Source: Octopus vulgaris (lineage: Eukaryota). Taken from it: DNA of 64,000 nt. The notes beneath the pieces are model-generated. The model was not told the DNA's origin, did no database searches, and saw only the letters and a program-made list of their open reading frames with translations. This document shows, in pieces, positions 38,351 to 51,437 of this stretch. The position numbers and the translations under genes are program-made. The stretch spans positions 10,912,001-10,976,000 of the forward strand of contig OX597817.1 of assembly GCA_951406725.2 (NCBI GenBank), written 5' to 3'. Position 1 is the first letter of the stretch; each line of letters opens with the position of its first letter.

Positions 38351-38525
38351 GGGGGATGTGTTATATCAACTTGATGGTGATCTAAATCAACTTGAAGATG
38401 ATCTGTATCAACTTAGAGGAAATTTATATCAACCAAAGAAAAGATGTAGTCGCCACTTTTGTTAGTATTCTATTCAGTTACAAAACCAAAATTATGAAAG
38501 AAAATAAAAGAAAGTAATGTTATAC

Positions 38526-38589
38526 CTTTTGCTTTGGGATATTTCTTAATTTCTTTTAATAAGTCTGCAACAGGGAATGGACAAAGGCT
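38526..38589 (-). CDS. DHTKD1: DHTKD1 exon: SLCPFPVADLLKEIKKYPKAK(E)
   Basis: attccag acceptor, GTATAA donor; LCPFP motif; phase fits neighbours. Confidence 0.93.
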
Positions 38590-39640
38590 CTGGAATAAAA
38601 TATAATAAAAAGAAGGATTATTATTAACAACAACAACAACAATCATTTCTACAATAGGTACAAGGCCTGAAATTATGGGGAGGGGGGATAGTTGATTAAA
38701 TCAGCCCCAGTACTCCGCTGGTACTTATTTAAACAAACCTGAATGGATGAAAGGTAAAGTTGACCTTGGTACACTGACTCCTCATTTGGCTTCCTTTAAA
38801 GGGGATGCTTCTTTGTCATAAGGTCTAATATAATATTTAGGAATTTAACTATTGCTATGTTGGGGGTGATAGTTGTTTTAATCAAACCCCTTGCATATGC
38901 AGATCCTCTCTAAATGCATTCATAGTGTGTCTATTCAGGATGTGTGAGACTGCTAGTCCATCATTTCCATACACAGCAGAGATGTTTACTTCCTGAGAGT
39001 GTCAAGAGGTCAGCTGACTCTGCTCTGTCATAACATCTTGTGGAGATATCAATCAGCAGAACTGACTCATTTTTTTACCTAGATGAGCATTTCTCTTAGA
39101 TCTGTTTCTATCAACTGACTTTAAAAATGTCAGAACATCAAGGAATTAACTCCCTTACAAAGAAAATTTAATCTTAGTGAAGTTGCTTCACTTTTATCCC
39201 AGTAGTGCCCCTGCTACCAAATAGAACCCCATTGGCTAAATGGCATGCCTATGAAAAATTACCTTGAGTCTTTTCTGTAGTGTTGGTCACATGATAATGA
39301 ACCTTATCTCATATGGCCCATTTCTTGAGAAAGGTTGCCAGTGCCCACTTTAAATTAATATCTAAGTGGTTGAATATCCCACAGATGTGTGTACCCTTAA
39401 TGTAATTCTCAAGGCAAGATTGGCCTAACATAATATATGAAAAAAGATGGAACTTTGAATTAAAAGTACAATTCATCTGAAAGGCTTCCACATAGATTCT
39501 CAGTCAAAAGACTTGAGTCAACCTTAATCTGCTACAGTAAAGACACTTGCCCAAGGTATTGTGCAATGGACTGAACCCAGAACCATACTTGCATGTATGT
39601 GTTTGGAAGTATCAGATATTTCTCCCAGATGGATATATGG

Positions 39641-39841
39641 CAGTGCTTTTCAACCTTTTTGCTGGAACGGAACCCCAAGGAAACATTCCACTGGCTCGAG
39701 GAACCCCTGTGCAATAATTTAATAGTCTTATGCACACATATCTGCACAGGAGAATTAAAAATGACTGCCGATTTTAACAGTCTTGTAACTTCTTGCAGAA
39801 CCCCTGGACTGTACTGGCGGAACCCTGGTTGAAAACCACTG
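39641..39841. mobile_element. hAT (Charlie-like) MITE
   Basis: TIRs cagtgcttttcaacc / ggttgaaaaccactg; 8-bp TSD atatatgg/atatatag. Confidence 0.85.
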
Positions 39842-40342
39842 ATATATAGTAACAAACTGTAGCTGAGGATGCTACAGTATACAATGATGATACTGAAAGA
39901 TCTCCATAGACAAGGGATCACATTTTGTAAAATTCATACACTATGTTATAAGGACAATCTGGTCAGAATTAGTGCAGCTCAGGAAACTAACAAAAGTTTT
40001 AGAATAGCCAAGAGTAGTTAGAAAAGTTTTATGAAAGTGCAGAATATGTAATATACATGTAATATCCAATAATTTATTTGTTTGCCAAGAGGAATAAAAA
40101 TACACTACAATAGTTAGCACTGTTAGCTAACAAAACAATTGGCAATTATCCAGTGTCACACTGTTGACATTAAATTACTTCGTGCTTCCTACATACATCT
40201 AGGACAATTAATATTTAAATGTTCTTGTAAGAGATAGAGCAAAAAGCTAGAGATAGAACACAAACTGTCATTCTGTCAACTAAGCTAATCCTGATTCTAA
40301 AGTAAACAGCAGGAGAAATTAGTAATGATCTACATTAATAAA

Positions 40343-40732
40343 TCTATATATATAAAGCTGAAGTTGTCCGTGTATGGCAGGTTTGGTAGCCTTCAACTAA
40401 CACTATCTCCTCCGAGACCCCGCGGCGCGAGTTGACCAAAATTGAGATTATGATAGAAGAAGGCTTGCTCTTCATTCTGTAGAAGATAAAATTCAAATCG
40501 GACCATGTTAACACCAAAAATTATTTACATCAAAAAGTTGCTTTTTTTCTATGAAAATCCCTATTTTTTATGATTTTTTTACTGCTGTGTCGCGATTTTT
40601 CGGTGTATTTCAACCAGAAAAATGTTCACTTAAAGAGAATAACAAGCTACATGATGCAAAATTTTTACTTTTCAAAAATTCAAATTCTAAAGGTTCGAAA
40701 CAAACCCAAGCAACGCCATGCGATAATGCTAG
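40343..40732 (+). mobile_element. non-autonomous Helitron
   Basis: A|TCtatatatataaagc 5' end, degenerate subterminal hairpin cccaagcaacgccatg, 3' CTAG|T; second copy ends at 47673. Confidence 0.75.
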
Positions 40733-40908
40733 TGGTAAATACACATACTTTAAAAGTGGAATAAATTGATTTGCTGAGTGGAAGAGGAAAATTAACTGTT
40801 TCAGCTAAGATACTTCATCAGAAGGTCCTGCTTGGAACATTAAACTTTCCCTCTGTTTCATGATAAACCAATTTATTCCATTTTTAAATAGTTTCTAGTC
40901 ATAGTTTC

Positions 40909-41302
40909 TAGGCACAGGAGTGGCTGTGTGGTAAGTAGCTTGCTTACCAACCACATGGTTCTGGGTTCAGTCCCACTGCGTGGCACCTTGAGCAAGAGTC
41001 TTCTACTATAGCCTTGCAAGTGGATTTGGTAGACAGAAACTGAAAGAAGCCTGTCATATATATGTATATATATGTATATGTGTGTGTGTATATTTTTTGT
41101 GTGTCTGTGTTTGTCTCCCCAGCATCACTTGAAAACTGATGCTGGTTTGTTTACGTCCCCATAACTTAGCAGTTCGGCAAAAGAGACCGATAGAATAAGT
41201 ACTAGGCTTACAAAGAATAAGTTATGGGGTCGATTAGCTCGACTAAAGGCGGTGCTCCAGCATGGCCACAGTCAAATGACTGAAACAAGTAAAAGAGTAA
41301 AA
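40909..41302 (+). mobile_element. SINE family A
   Basis: Consensus head and tail. Confidence 0.85.
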
Positions 41303-41408
41303 AAGAGAGTACAACTGTAACTGGTAGTACTAATTCTCCAGTAAGTGTTAAATGAATACTAATTCTTCCATAAGCATGGAATAAAGAGTGTATTTTGTTC
41401 CCCAAATA

Positions 41409-41549
41409 TAAGGTTGTCCCAAAAGTTCATAGAAAGTCTAGGAAAATAATGGTCTTTATTTTGAGGAATAATTTTTGTTGTTTTTGTTAGTACTTGGCGA
41501 GTAAAAATTCAATTTTCGCAAGTGTTTACGAACTTTTGGGATAACCTAA
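41409..41549. mobile_element. mariner-type MITE
   Basis: TA-taaggttgtcccaaaagttc ... gaacttttgggataacctaa-TA. Confidence 0.8.
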
Positions 41550-41904
41550 TAACTACAAAATTCTTCAGAAGGTCTCTAGTTATCGAATGTACCGTTGTGG
41601 GTTTTATTTCTACAGATTGTTATCATCATCATTATTCTTGATTTAAGGTCCACTTTTTCATGTTTGCATGGGTCAGATGAAATTCAATGAGGCAGATATT
41701 TTCTATAATTGGATACCCTTCCTGTCACCAACCCTCAACTGTTTCCAAGTAAGGTTATATATCCCCCCATCATTAGATATGTTTTCATGGAAGATTGGAA
41801 GCGAAGAACACTGCTTGTATGACAGTGACACTCATTTACAACCATCACAAGAAATCAAGGCAAGGAGACAGTAACACACACACACAAGGCTTCTTTCAGT
41901 TTCT

Positions 41905-42323
41905 TATTTCTTTACTGCCCACAAGGGGCTACACACAGAGGGGGCAAACAAGGATAGACAAGCAGATTAAGTCGATTATATCAACCCCAGTGTGTAACTG
42001 GTACTTATTTAATCGACCCCGAAAGGATGAAAGGCAAAGTCAACCTTGGCGGAATTTGAACTCAGAACATAGCGGCAGACGAAATACCTATTTCTTTACT
42101 ACCCACAAGGGGCTAAACACAGAGGGGACAATCAAGGACAGACAAACAGATTAAGTCAATTATATCGACTCCAGTGCGTAACTGGTACTTATTTAATCGA
42201 CCCCGAAAGGATGAAAGGCAAAGTTGACCTCGGCAGAATTTGAACTCAGAACGTAACGGCAGACGAAATACGGCTACGCATTTCGCCAGGTGTGCTAACG
42301 TTTCTGCCAGCTCGCCGCCTTTT
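41905..42323 (-). mobile_element. head-to-tail dimer of Nin-domain SINEs inside a SINE A-like remnant
   Basis: Single 15-bp TSD cttctttcagtttct at 41890-41904 and 42324-42338. Confidence 0.8.
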
Positions 42324-42533
42324 CTTCTTTCAGTTTCTGTCAACCAAATCCGTTCACAAGGCTTTGGTTAAGCTTCAGGCTATAGTAGAAGATACTCGCC
42401 CAAGGTGCCATGTAGTGGGAGTGAACCTGAGACCATGTAACTGAGAAGCAAACCTTTTTGCCACACAGCCAAGTCTGTACCTAAATATTCAGAATGTAAA
42501 AGTTCAGAAAAGAAGAAATAAACTTTTACTTAC

Positions 42534-42779
42534 TTCAAGCCTAATAATGGCAACATTGTGACTGTTTGAGGCATCTCTTTGTTTGTTTAATGCATAGAAA
42601 TGTTTGCCAGAACAAAACACTAATCTAGTAACGGACTCTGGGTTAACTTTGATGTCTCCTAGGACAGGCTGGTAGCAAGTTCCAGGTGCCATGTCAAGTA
42701 GAGAAGAAGCTGCACTGGAAAGTCTCAGCAAAGTTTTTGGTGCTGCAACTATTAAGGGTTTGCGGTAATTTCTCACCAT
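42534..42779 (-). CDS. DHTKD1: DHTKD1 exon: [20 protein letters not shown]...[13 protein letters not shown]...VAIIRLE
   Basis: ttgcag acceptor, GTAAGT donor; RKPLIVxxPKxLLR and CSGKHFY motifs. Confidence 0.97.
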
Positions 42780-42984
42780 CTGCAATGGAAATATGTTAAT
42801 TTACTTGAAAAATATATTAGAAAAGCAAGAATGAAAAACAGAAAATAGATTTTATGGAGACACTAGGTTCTGTAAATCACAATGAAATTCTAAGAAAGGC
42901 CAACCACTGAGTAGTGTGTGCTACAGTTCACTGAGAAACTTGCTTATAAACTTATTTTAGTTTCATTCTGTCAACATTAAAGTA

Positions 42985-43435
42985 ATAACAATAATAATAA
43001 TGAAATTTTTGTATACAGTGCTCAGGTGCACCACAACTTGTCAGACAGTGCATATAAAGCACATGCAGTAATGTACAAATGTCTGAAAAGCGAACAATGT
43101 ATGAGTCAGATACATGCTTGCGTGTGTATGGAGGGGGGCATCAGGTGTAGTGTTGGCGAATCTCAGAAAGCATGGAAGTTTTGAAGGATGCAGTGCTCCA
43201 ACAACTAACAACTGATTCCGGAAGTTTGTTCCATACTTCAGCAACTCTTAGCGTGGAAAAATGTTTCCGAAAGTCATGGGAGCTGTGCTGTTTTCTGACT
43301 TTGTAAACATGTCCACGGGTGTTAGACAGGTGGAGTTTGAAAAGGTGCTCAGAGTTATTGTTTGTAAGATGGTTGATAATTTTATGGGTGTCTGCCAAGT
43401 CAGCTGCCAGACGTCGGAGTTTCAATGTATGCAAG
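42985..43435 (-). mobile_element. CR1/L2-type LINE 3' fragment
   Basis: TLKLRRL..DL..THKII...TRGH.YK...RVAEVWNKLP; same family as 22262-22829. Confidence 0.85.
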
Positions 43436-45308
43436 GTTTCCAGAAATTTGACTTCTATTTCCAATAACAAACCTCCAAACAACAATTGTCAATAAAATGA
43501 AATAGTAAAAATCGGTCTAATAGTTAACTCATGTCAACTAAATAATATTGATGTTTCATGGGCTGCTCCCTTAAGACATATTTAGAAACAAAACAAAATT
43601 TAGAATTACTAAAAAGTGAAAAATCAGTCATTATTAATCGTTATTATCATTATCCATGCTGGTATGGGTTAAATAGTTCAAGAGGATCTAACAGGTTGGA
43701 TGATCACATCTTGCTACAATATTTCAAGTTTAGCAGTTTCTATAGCCATATGCCCACTGTATGCCAAACACTTTACAGACTGAACTGGGTGCTTTTTTAT
43801 GGCATCAACACTAGAAATGTTACTTCATAACAGCACATGACCTTGCAGGTGGAGTCCAGTTAGAATTTTCTTCAGGCTGAGTAGCCCTCCTGCTCAAAAG
43901 GTCCCTGAATAAAGGTTGTTTAAGGATGTTGAACGAAACACCCATGTTTCCAAAGGTGAATTATTCAAACCCCAAAGAATTCCTCTCAACACATAGCTAT
44001 GATGCTCCCCAACTACTTCCCGTGATCAGAGATGCACATGTCATTAGCCACTAAGGGACATGCTCAACTGGTTACGGTCAAATAACTGACAAGTAAATCT
44101 GTGGTATTGAGCAGAATATTATAATTATATCAGTGATTAAGTCTTGCTAATTTCTAATATTTAATTGGATTTTAGCCCTTCAAATGTTATCCAATGGGTA
44201 ACAGAGGTGCACATGATGATGCTAGTGCTAATAAACATAAACCATTACCTATGCTTCAAAAGGAGGAATTTATAACAGAATTAATCAGATCAATTGCATG
44301 TGATGCAAAGAAACAAAATGAGTAGATTTTAAAGTCTTTTTTACTAAAGATAGAAGAAAAAGTTTTAAGTTTTGGAAAGCATTGAAAAGTATCAGGAGTA
44401 GTGAATATGACCATCCTTATTGGTAATTGCAGCTAATTAACAAAAAAAAAAAAAATCCAATAAATTTTGTCTTTAACAATCAAAACACTACAGAGAAAAG
44501 ATGATAATAGTCTTGAACTCTGAGCTTAAAATTTATGAGATATAGAATAAATGTTTTGAAATATGTATATTATGTATATAGATCCATTGACTGAAATCTG
44601 TCAATTTCTTACCATATTTCTTTTTTATTTTTCACAAAGTGAAATGAAATCTGAAAATTCAAGGGAGGTCATTCTCTAAGAATCATACAGCCTTTTTCAA
44701 AATGTTAATAGTTAATCCAAGAATTACAACACACGTAAACGAAGATTTATTTTTATATGTTTGACTATAAGAATTTTAAGATTTCAACTATAAAAAGAAT
44801 ACTTTTTTTGTAAGCTTGATTAACTAGCTTTAAGATTTCGATTATCGACAATAGAATTTTATCATTTATTCCTGTTCCCTTCAAAGAAACTGTCACAATA
44901 GCATATAGTCTTAAATCTTGGAATAATCTATCTTACAGTAAAAATTAAATGGCCATAGGCGAAACATCAATTGAAAGAAATTTGGGGTTACCCAAAACAA
45001 TAATAACAATCAGGATAAATATGAATCCTAATGATTTTTCAGATTACAGTAATATTCAGTTTAATGTCAGTTGTTGCTTATTTATCAGAATATCACTTAA
45101 AATTATGACCAAACTTTCCTAATAAACAAACAATTGACATGGGAACAAAGAGGAATCACTGTCACCACTTTGGACTAAAATAGATTTTTGCCACACTGGA
45201 AGGTATTCTGTTGCTTTAATAAGCCAGTGTGAGTATATATAAAAATATTTTATTGATGATATGGCACTGTTAAACATGTCTGTAACCTCATAATTTAAAT
45301 AAACTTAC

Positions 45309-45410
45309 CTGTCTGCGGAGCAGGTGAAAATACTGACCAGATGTTGTGGGATGAACTATTTCCATATTAACATGATCACCATCAATAGCATCCTCCTTGC
45401 TATCACAAAG
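45309..45410 (-). CDS. DHTKD1: DHTKD1 exon: [34 protein letters not shown]
   Basis: atgtag acceptor, GTAAGT donor; [14 protein letters not shown] motif. Confidence 0.97.
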
Positions 45411-45630
45411 CTACATAATAAAATAACAAAAGAGAAAAATAATTATATTTAAATGATAATGAAAAAATTGATGAAGCTTAAGCAAGGTAGAAAAAAAAAA
45501 ATCGAAGCTTAAGCAAAATAAAATAAGTTTTTTTAATTCTTTAAATATTTTCTTTCATGAATATTATTGATAAGACAACTGATTGGATAAGATATTCGAT
45601 GGGATGATGACAGAATCTGAATCATTTAAA

Positions 45631-45953
45631 TGTGGAGGCACATGGCCTAGTGGTCAGAACAGCGGACTCGTGGTCGAGGGATCGCAGGTTCGAATCTCAG
45701 ACCGGGTGATGTGTGTGTTTATGAGTGAAACACCTAAGCTCCACGTGGCTCCGGCAGAAGGTAATGGCGAAACTTCTGCTGACTCTTTCGCCACAACTTT
45801 CTCTCACTCTTTCCTCCTGCATTTTGCAGCTCACCTGCGACGGACCGGCGTCCCGTCAAGGTCGGGAACCTATACGCCAAGGAAACCGGGAAACCGGCCC
45901 TTATGAGCCAGGCGTGGCTCGAGAAGGAACAAACAACTGTTCCTCCTAAAGGA
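45631..45953 (+). mobile_element. tRNA-derived SINE with V/Meta-SINE-like domain
   Basis: A box tggcctagtgg, B box ggttcgaatc, cctgcgacggaccggcgtcccgtc domain; 13-bp TSD tgaatcatttaaa. Confidence 0.75.
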
Positions 45954-46683
45954 TGAATCATTTAAACGGTTCAGATTCTGCCATCATCTTCATTTAACAT
46001 CTATTTTCCACACTGGCATAGGTTGGACAGTTTGACAAGATACATCTAGCTGCAAGGCTCTAGTGTCACGCTTTAGTATGGTTTCTACACCTGGATGCCC
46101 TTCCTAATGCTAATCAGCTTACATGTGTACTAGGTGCTTTTAACTTGTATTGTGTCAGTAACAAAGAAATTTAGCTCTTGAATGATTTGGTTTACTAGGC
46201 TGTAAATAAGTATGAGAGAGTAAGAGCTGTAAATTTGGTAAGTCTCTTATTATTCACAATTCTAAGTTCAATCCCTTCTGTGAGTGTGGAAAATTGACTC
46301 TGGTACTAATTTTCTAACTGGTTTGACTTGTCATTGGATTCAAGCTCTGGGTTCTAACTCAAGTTGCAAGTGAGGATGAGTTCACAGTCAACTCATCACA
46401 TACAGGTATCCACTAACAGGTGGGAATCTTCAATCATGATAGATAACTAACAATGTTTGATTGTACAATTTCAAGAAATTAAGTGATAGAAAACCAGGTA
46501 AATGCTAACCCAGAGAGGCCACAGGCTATCTGTTGAAATTAGCTTAACTGACATAGATGAAAAGAGAAATATATATATATGGCTGAGAAGCCTGAAGATT
46601 TGACAAACAAATAAGAAAACATGACTGACATAGAAAAAATATGAAATATAATTTATAAAAGTTAGCTATCGACCTATATATAT

Positions 46684-47334
46684 ATCATCATCATCAGTGG
46701 CACGTAAAAGCACCATCCGTTCGTGTCCGTTGCCAGCCTCGGCTGGCCCCCGTGCCGGTGACACGTAAAAGCACCGTCCGTTTGTGGCCGTTTGCCAGCA
46801 CTGTCTGGTCCCGTGTCGGTAGAAACACCAGCTGTAGAAACACTGCCAGATCTGACTGGGCCTGACGAAGCCTTCCAGCTTCACGGACCCCAGTTGACCC
46901 GTCCAACCCATGCTAGCATGGAAAGCGGACGCTAAATGATGATGATGATGATCATCATCATCATCATTTAGCGTCCATTTTTCATGCTAGCATAGGTTGG
47001 ACGGTTCAACTGGGGTCCGTGAAGCTGGAAGGCTTCGTCAGGCCCAGTCTGATCTGGCAGTGTTTCTACAGCTGGATGCCCTTCCTAACGCCAACCACTC
47101 CGCGAGTGTAGTGGGTGCTTTTTACGTGCCACCCGCACAGGTGCCAGACAGAGCTGGCAAACGGCCACGAACGGATGGTGCTTTTACGTGCCACCGGCAC
47201 GGGGGCCAGGCAAGGCTGGCAACGGACACGAACGGATGGTGCTTTTTACATGCCACTGGCACGGGGGCCAGGCAAGGCTGGCAACGGCCATGAACAGATA
47301 GTGCTTTTACGTGCCACTGGCACGGGGGCCAGGC
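46684..47334. mobile_element. tail-to-tail inverted pair of RTE 3' ends
   Basis: (gat)n(cat)n centre at ~46950; arms share private variants gtccgtgaagctggaaggcttcgtca. Confidence 0.8.
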
Positions 47335-47673
47335 GAAGTTGAAGTTGTCTGTGTGTGGTAGGTTTTGTAGCCTTCAACTAATACTATTTCCTCCGAGACC
47401 CTGCAACACAAGTTGACCAAAATTGAGAGTATGATAGAAGAAGGCTTGCTCTTCACTCCATAGAAGATAAAATTCAAATTGGACAATGTTAACACCAAAA
47501 ATTATTTACATCAATTACGTGACTGCTGTGTCACCATTTTTCGGTGTATTTAAACCAGAAAAATGTTCACTTAAAGAGAATAACAAGCTACATAATGCAA
47601 AATTTTTACTTTTCAAAAATTCCAATTCTAAAGGGTCGAAACAAACCCGAGCAACACCAGGCAATACTGCTAG
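47335..47673 (+). mobile_element. non-autonomous Helitron (5' end apparently separated by the RTE pair)
   Basis: Homologous to 40343-40732; cccgagcaacaccagg hairpin, CTAG|T end; 5' ctatatatata remnant at ~46674. Confidence 0.75.
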
Positions 47674-47853
47674 TATATATATATATAAAGAACACAACAG
47701 TAGTAATACTAATGATATTAACAGCGAGGCTAAGTGTCAAACTAGCATTTACTGTAAAATTATTTAAAAAAATTAATAACCATAATAATTAACACAACTT
47801 CTTTTCTCATTGTAGTCATTAACACTGTCTGACTAATGAACTAGATATTTTAC

Positions 47854-47954
47854 CTGTAAGAATCGTTCAATACGGCATGAAGAATGTTCGGGTCCAGCAC
47901 CATCAAAACCATGTGGAAGCAACATCACCAAGCCACTCTGAAGTAACCATTTTG
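47854..47954 (-). CDS. DHTKD1: DHTKD1 exon: (T)[33 protein letters not shown]
   Basis: cttcag acceptor, GTAAAA donor; [23 protein letters not shown] is DHTKD1-type (OGDH has HSSARxERFLQ). Confidence 0.97.
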
Positions 47955-48984
47955 CTGAAGAAGACATACATAGATTCAAGAACATTCTGATAGGAAACAA
48001 AAGAAAAGTCAATAATGTGTTCTGGAATTTTCTAAACTATGAATTAAACAAATGTAAAATTGCTTAGACTTAGATTCAATTATTTTGCTGGGCTTACATC
48101 CCAATACTGCTTAAGAAAAACTTAGAAATAACTAAGGTATAAATAGATAGAAATGTTAGCAGAACAGCCGAGTTACAGGGACTATATTATTAAACACCAC
48201 TCATAGCTAACTTGAAGCTACACATCAAGTAGCACTGCTTTCCATGTGTGGGTAAGACAAATAATTCTACTGCACTTAAGTCAAAACCTTCATTTAGCCA
48301 GGAAGGGCAGGCAGTTTTTATCTGTTTAGTGGCCTAGGCAAAAGAGATCATGTATGGATGAGACTGAAAGGGCTTAAGATAGGGACTTTACCCTTTGGAC
48401 ATAAATCCAACAACTTTTTTCAGTTTTACTTGAAAAAGAAAGTAAGGGTCTAGACTCTAGACCCTTCAGGATTTTAGAAATGATTCAATGAAGCATGGCC
48501 TAAAAATTCGTTGGGAACCACTGGTCTAGAGGGAAGTGCTGCCTCCTATGAAATTTGTTGAAAGAAGGATGAGAGTGCTAAGCATGGTCTGAGTGAGTAG
48601 GTCCTGTGCCTATACAGTAGAACAGCTAAGGACAGGGCACTTGCTTTAGTAGTCAGGGTGAGAGTAATTTTTGTGGGGTTTCCACGAGGGGCCCTCAGGT
48701 TTCCCACATTTGGAGAATTTTTTCAATTTTTGTTTCTGTTATTTCTCATCATCATCATCGTTTAACGTCCGCTTTCCATGCTAGCATGGGTTTTATTTAA
48801 ATATTCTTTTAATGTAATCCCACCGTGTACTGTTGCCAGTCTTTTTGTAGTAAACCCCTGTGGTTATTGAAGCAAACACGTGAGGGTGAATGTGTGCACG
48901 CATGAGTGTGTAATGTTCATTGTAAATATGTTTCATTATGTGAGGGCACAACCAGTTTAACATAATATGAATATGATATGATAT

Positions 48985-49367
48985 GAAATTATTGTATACA
49001 GTGCTCAGGTGCACCACAACTTATCAAAAGTGCGTATAAAGCATATGCAGTGATGTACAAATATCTGGGAAGTGAACAATGTATGAGTCAGATACACGCT
49101 TGCGTGTGTATGGAAGGGAGAAAATCAGGTGTAATGTTGGCGAATCTCAGAAAGCATGGAAGTTTTGAAGGATGCAGTGCTCCAACAACTAACAACTGAT
49201 GCCAGCAGTCTGTTCCATGCTTCAGCAACTCTTAGTGTGAAAAAATGTTTCTGAAAGTTATGGGAGCTGTGCTGTTTTCTGACTTTGTAAATATGTCCAT
49301 GGGTGTTAGATGGGTGGAGTTTGAAAAGGTGCTCAGAGTTATTGTTTGTAAGATGGTTGATAATTTA
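48985..49367 (-). mobile_element. CR1/L2-type LINE 3' fragment
   Basis: Closely similar to 43005-43380. Confidence 0.8.
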
Positions 49368-49942
49368 CAATTTACAATTATAATATGGAGAAAATTGTCT
49401 ATATCATAAACGAAAATAAATAAAAACCTAAAATACGTAAACTAATATACACCTATATAAAAGCTACGACTCGATAGTCATAAAATTAAAGTGTAGAACT
49501 AACTACAACTACAGAGATAACACATCGTATGTTGAAATTGTGCTTTGGCTATGGTAGTGACACTGGGCAAGGGACATAACTCTAATTGTCTTAATTTGTC
49601 GGTGAACGGTTATTTAGCAGCTGGTGAACTCTGAATGAATAGATCTATGAACAAAAGTATTCTAGTTATGACTACCCGTTTTTTTTCAAGGGTATACCTC
49701 TAAAAATACATTATCTAATGTGTCCTTTTTTTTTGAAAGCGGTAGGGTTCTGTATTATTTGAGAGAAATTTGGGCACTACTTTTAGAATGCATAGAGTGA
49801 TTAACAAAGGTTTCTGTTATTGACTCATCTAAGTCCACAGTTGAATGGATTAGCTGTAGAAAAGACATCCACCTGTAATAACAATTGCTCTAAAATATAC
49901 TCTCTTATAAATGCTAGAAAAGGAAAACGTATGAAATAAATA

Positions 49943-50491
49943 TATGCCGCTCTATGTCACGCTGGTGAGACCCATATTGCAGTACGGGATTCAAGCCTCT
50001 TCTCCTTATCTCCTCAAAGACACACAGCATCTCGAAAGAGTCCAGAAGCTGGCTACCCGCATGGTTCTTGGTCTCAAGAATTTGTCTTATGAAGAAAGGC
50101 TGAAGACGCTCGACCGTTATTCTCTAGAAAAACGCCGCCGCCGTGGTGTTCTCATTCTTGCTCACAACATCATAAGCGGAAAGTGTAACCTCTCGAAAGA
50201 GCTGTTCTTCACTCCTGCTCCAGAGCGCCGGCTGCGGGGTCATTCCGAAAAGCTCTATCTGCGACGATTTCATCTCAATCGAAGTAGAGGGGCTTTCTCC
50301 GTCCGGGTTGTGGATCCGTGGAATAAGCTGCCAGACGAGATAGTGAAGATGCCGACGACCGCTCGGTTCAAAGTCTCCCTTGACCACTAGTGGCCTGAAC
50401 TCTTTACATGAACACCACTCAGTACATAACTCCATGTCCCCCTACATGGCCTTGCTTTTTGCTGTTTGAGCCAAAAAATTAACTAACTAAC
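49943..50491 (+). mobile_element. CR1/L2-type LINE 3' fragment
   Basis: ORF 49944-50390 LYVTLVRPILQYG...LERVQKLATRMV.GL..LSYEERL...WNKLP; (taac)n tail. Confidence 0.9.
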
Positions 50492-50541
50492 ATATAAATA
50501 AATAACAGATTTCTTAAAAAACAAAAAAACGGTATACTTAC

Positions 50542-50698
50542 TTTCTCCACTCGTTACATATGTGTCAATGATAGGCTGAGCTCCATTAAAGAAATCACCA
50601 AATTGAGCTTCCCAAATGACAAGGTTTTTAGGGTGCTCCAGACTCATGCCATATTCAAAACCAAGCACTGCTTCCTCTGATAGAACACTGTTAGCTGC
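50542..50698 (-). CDS. DHTKD1: DHTKD1 exon: [52 protein letters not shown]
   Basis: tttaaag acceptor, GTAAGT donor; [12 protein letters not shown] and [13 protein letters not shown]. Confidence 0.97.
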
Positions 50699-51182
50699 CT
50701 TTAAAAGCAAACAAAATTACAAATAAACAATACTATGACTGCTGCCACCAACAAAATTACAGATTCTCAGTGGTTTTTGTACAAAATTCTGATACAAAAC
50801 CGAGAAACAATAAAATCTAAACGATGATTCTAGTAAATTATTTTAGAATTTGTAGATGTTTATGCCAATAAGATGTTGAAAAAGTTACCAAGACATCGGC
50901 GAGGTTCATATTCTGTCACCAGCAATGCATTGTATTTATAGTCAAAAAAGACTTCAATAGTAGATTTTATCTACTTTATGTGGTTAATAAGCCTACTATG
51001 TAACCGCAGAGTTTTGGGTTCAGTCCCAGAGTGCAGCACCTTGAGTCTCTTCTACTATAGCCCCAAGTGAATCCATCAGCATTTTCTCACAAAAGAAATT
51101 CTTTTCTTTAGCTTTCGGAAATTCCTGAATCATTTGCTAGTGAATTTGAATAGTCTAGTGAAAGATAGTCATAAGTTTGATA

Positions 51183-51402
51183 TTACTCTTTACTCTTTAC
51201 TCTTTTACTTGTTTCAGTCATTTGACTGTGACCATGCTGGAGCACCGCCTTTAGTCGAGCAAATCGACCCCAGGACTTATTCTTTGTAAGCCCAGTACTT
51301 ATTCTATCGGTCTATTTTGCCAAACCGCTGTTACTGGGACATAAACACACCAGCATCGGTTGTTAAGCGATGTTGGGGGGACAAACATAGACACACAAAC
51401 AC

Positions 51403-51437
<35 letters not shown>

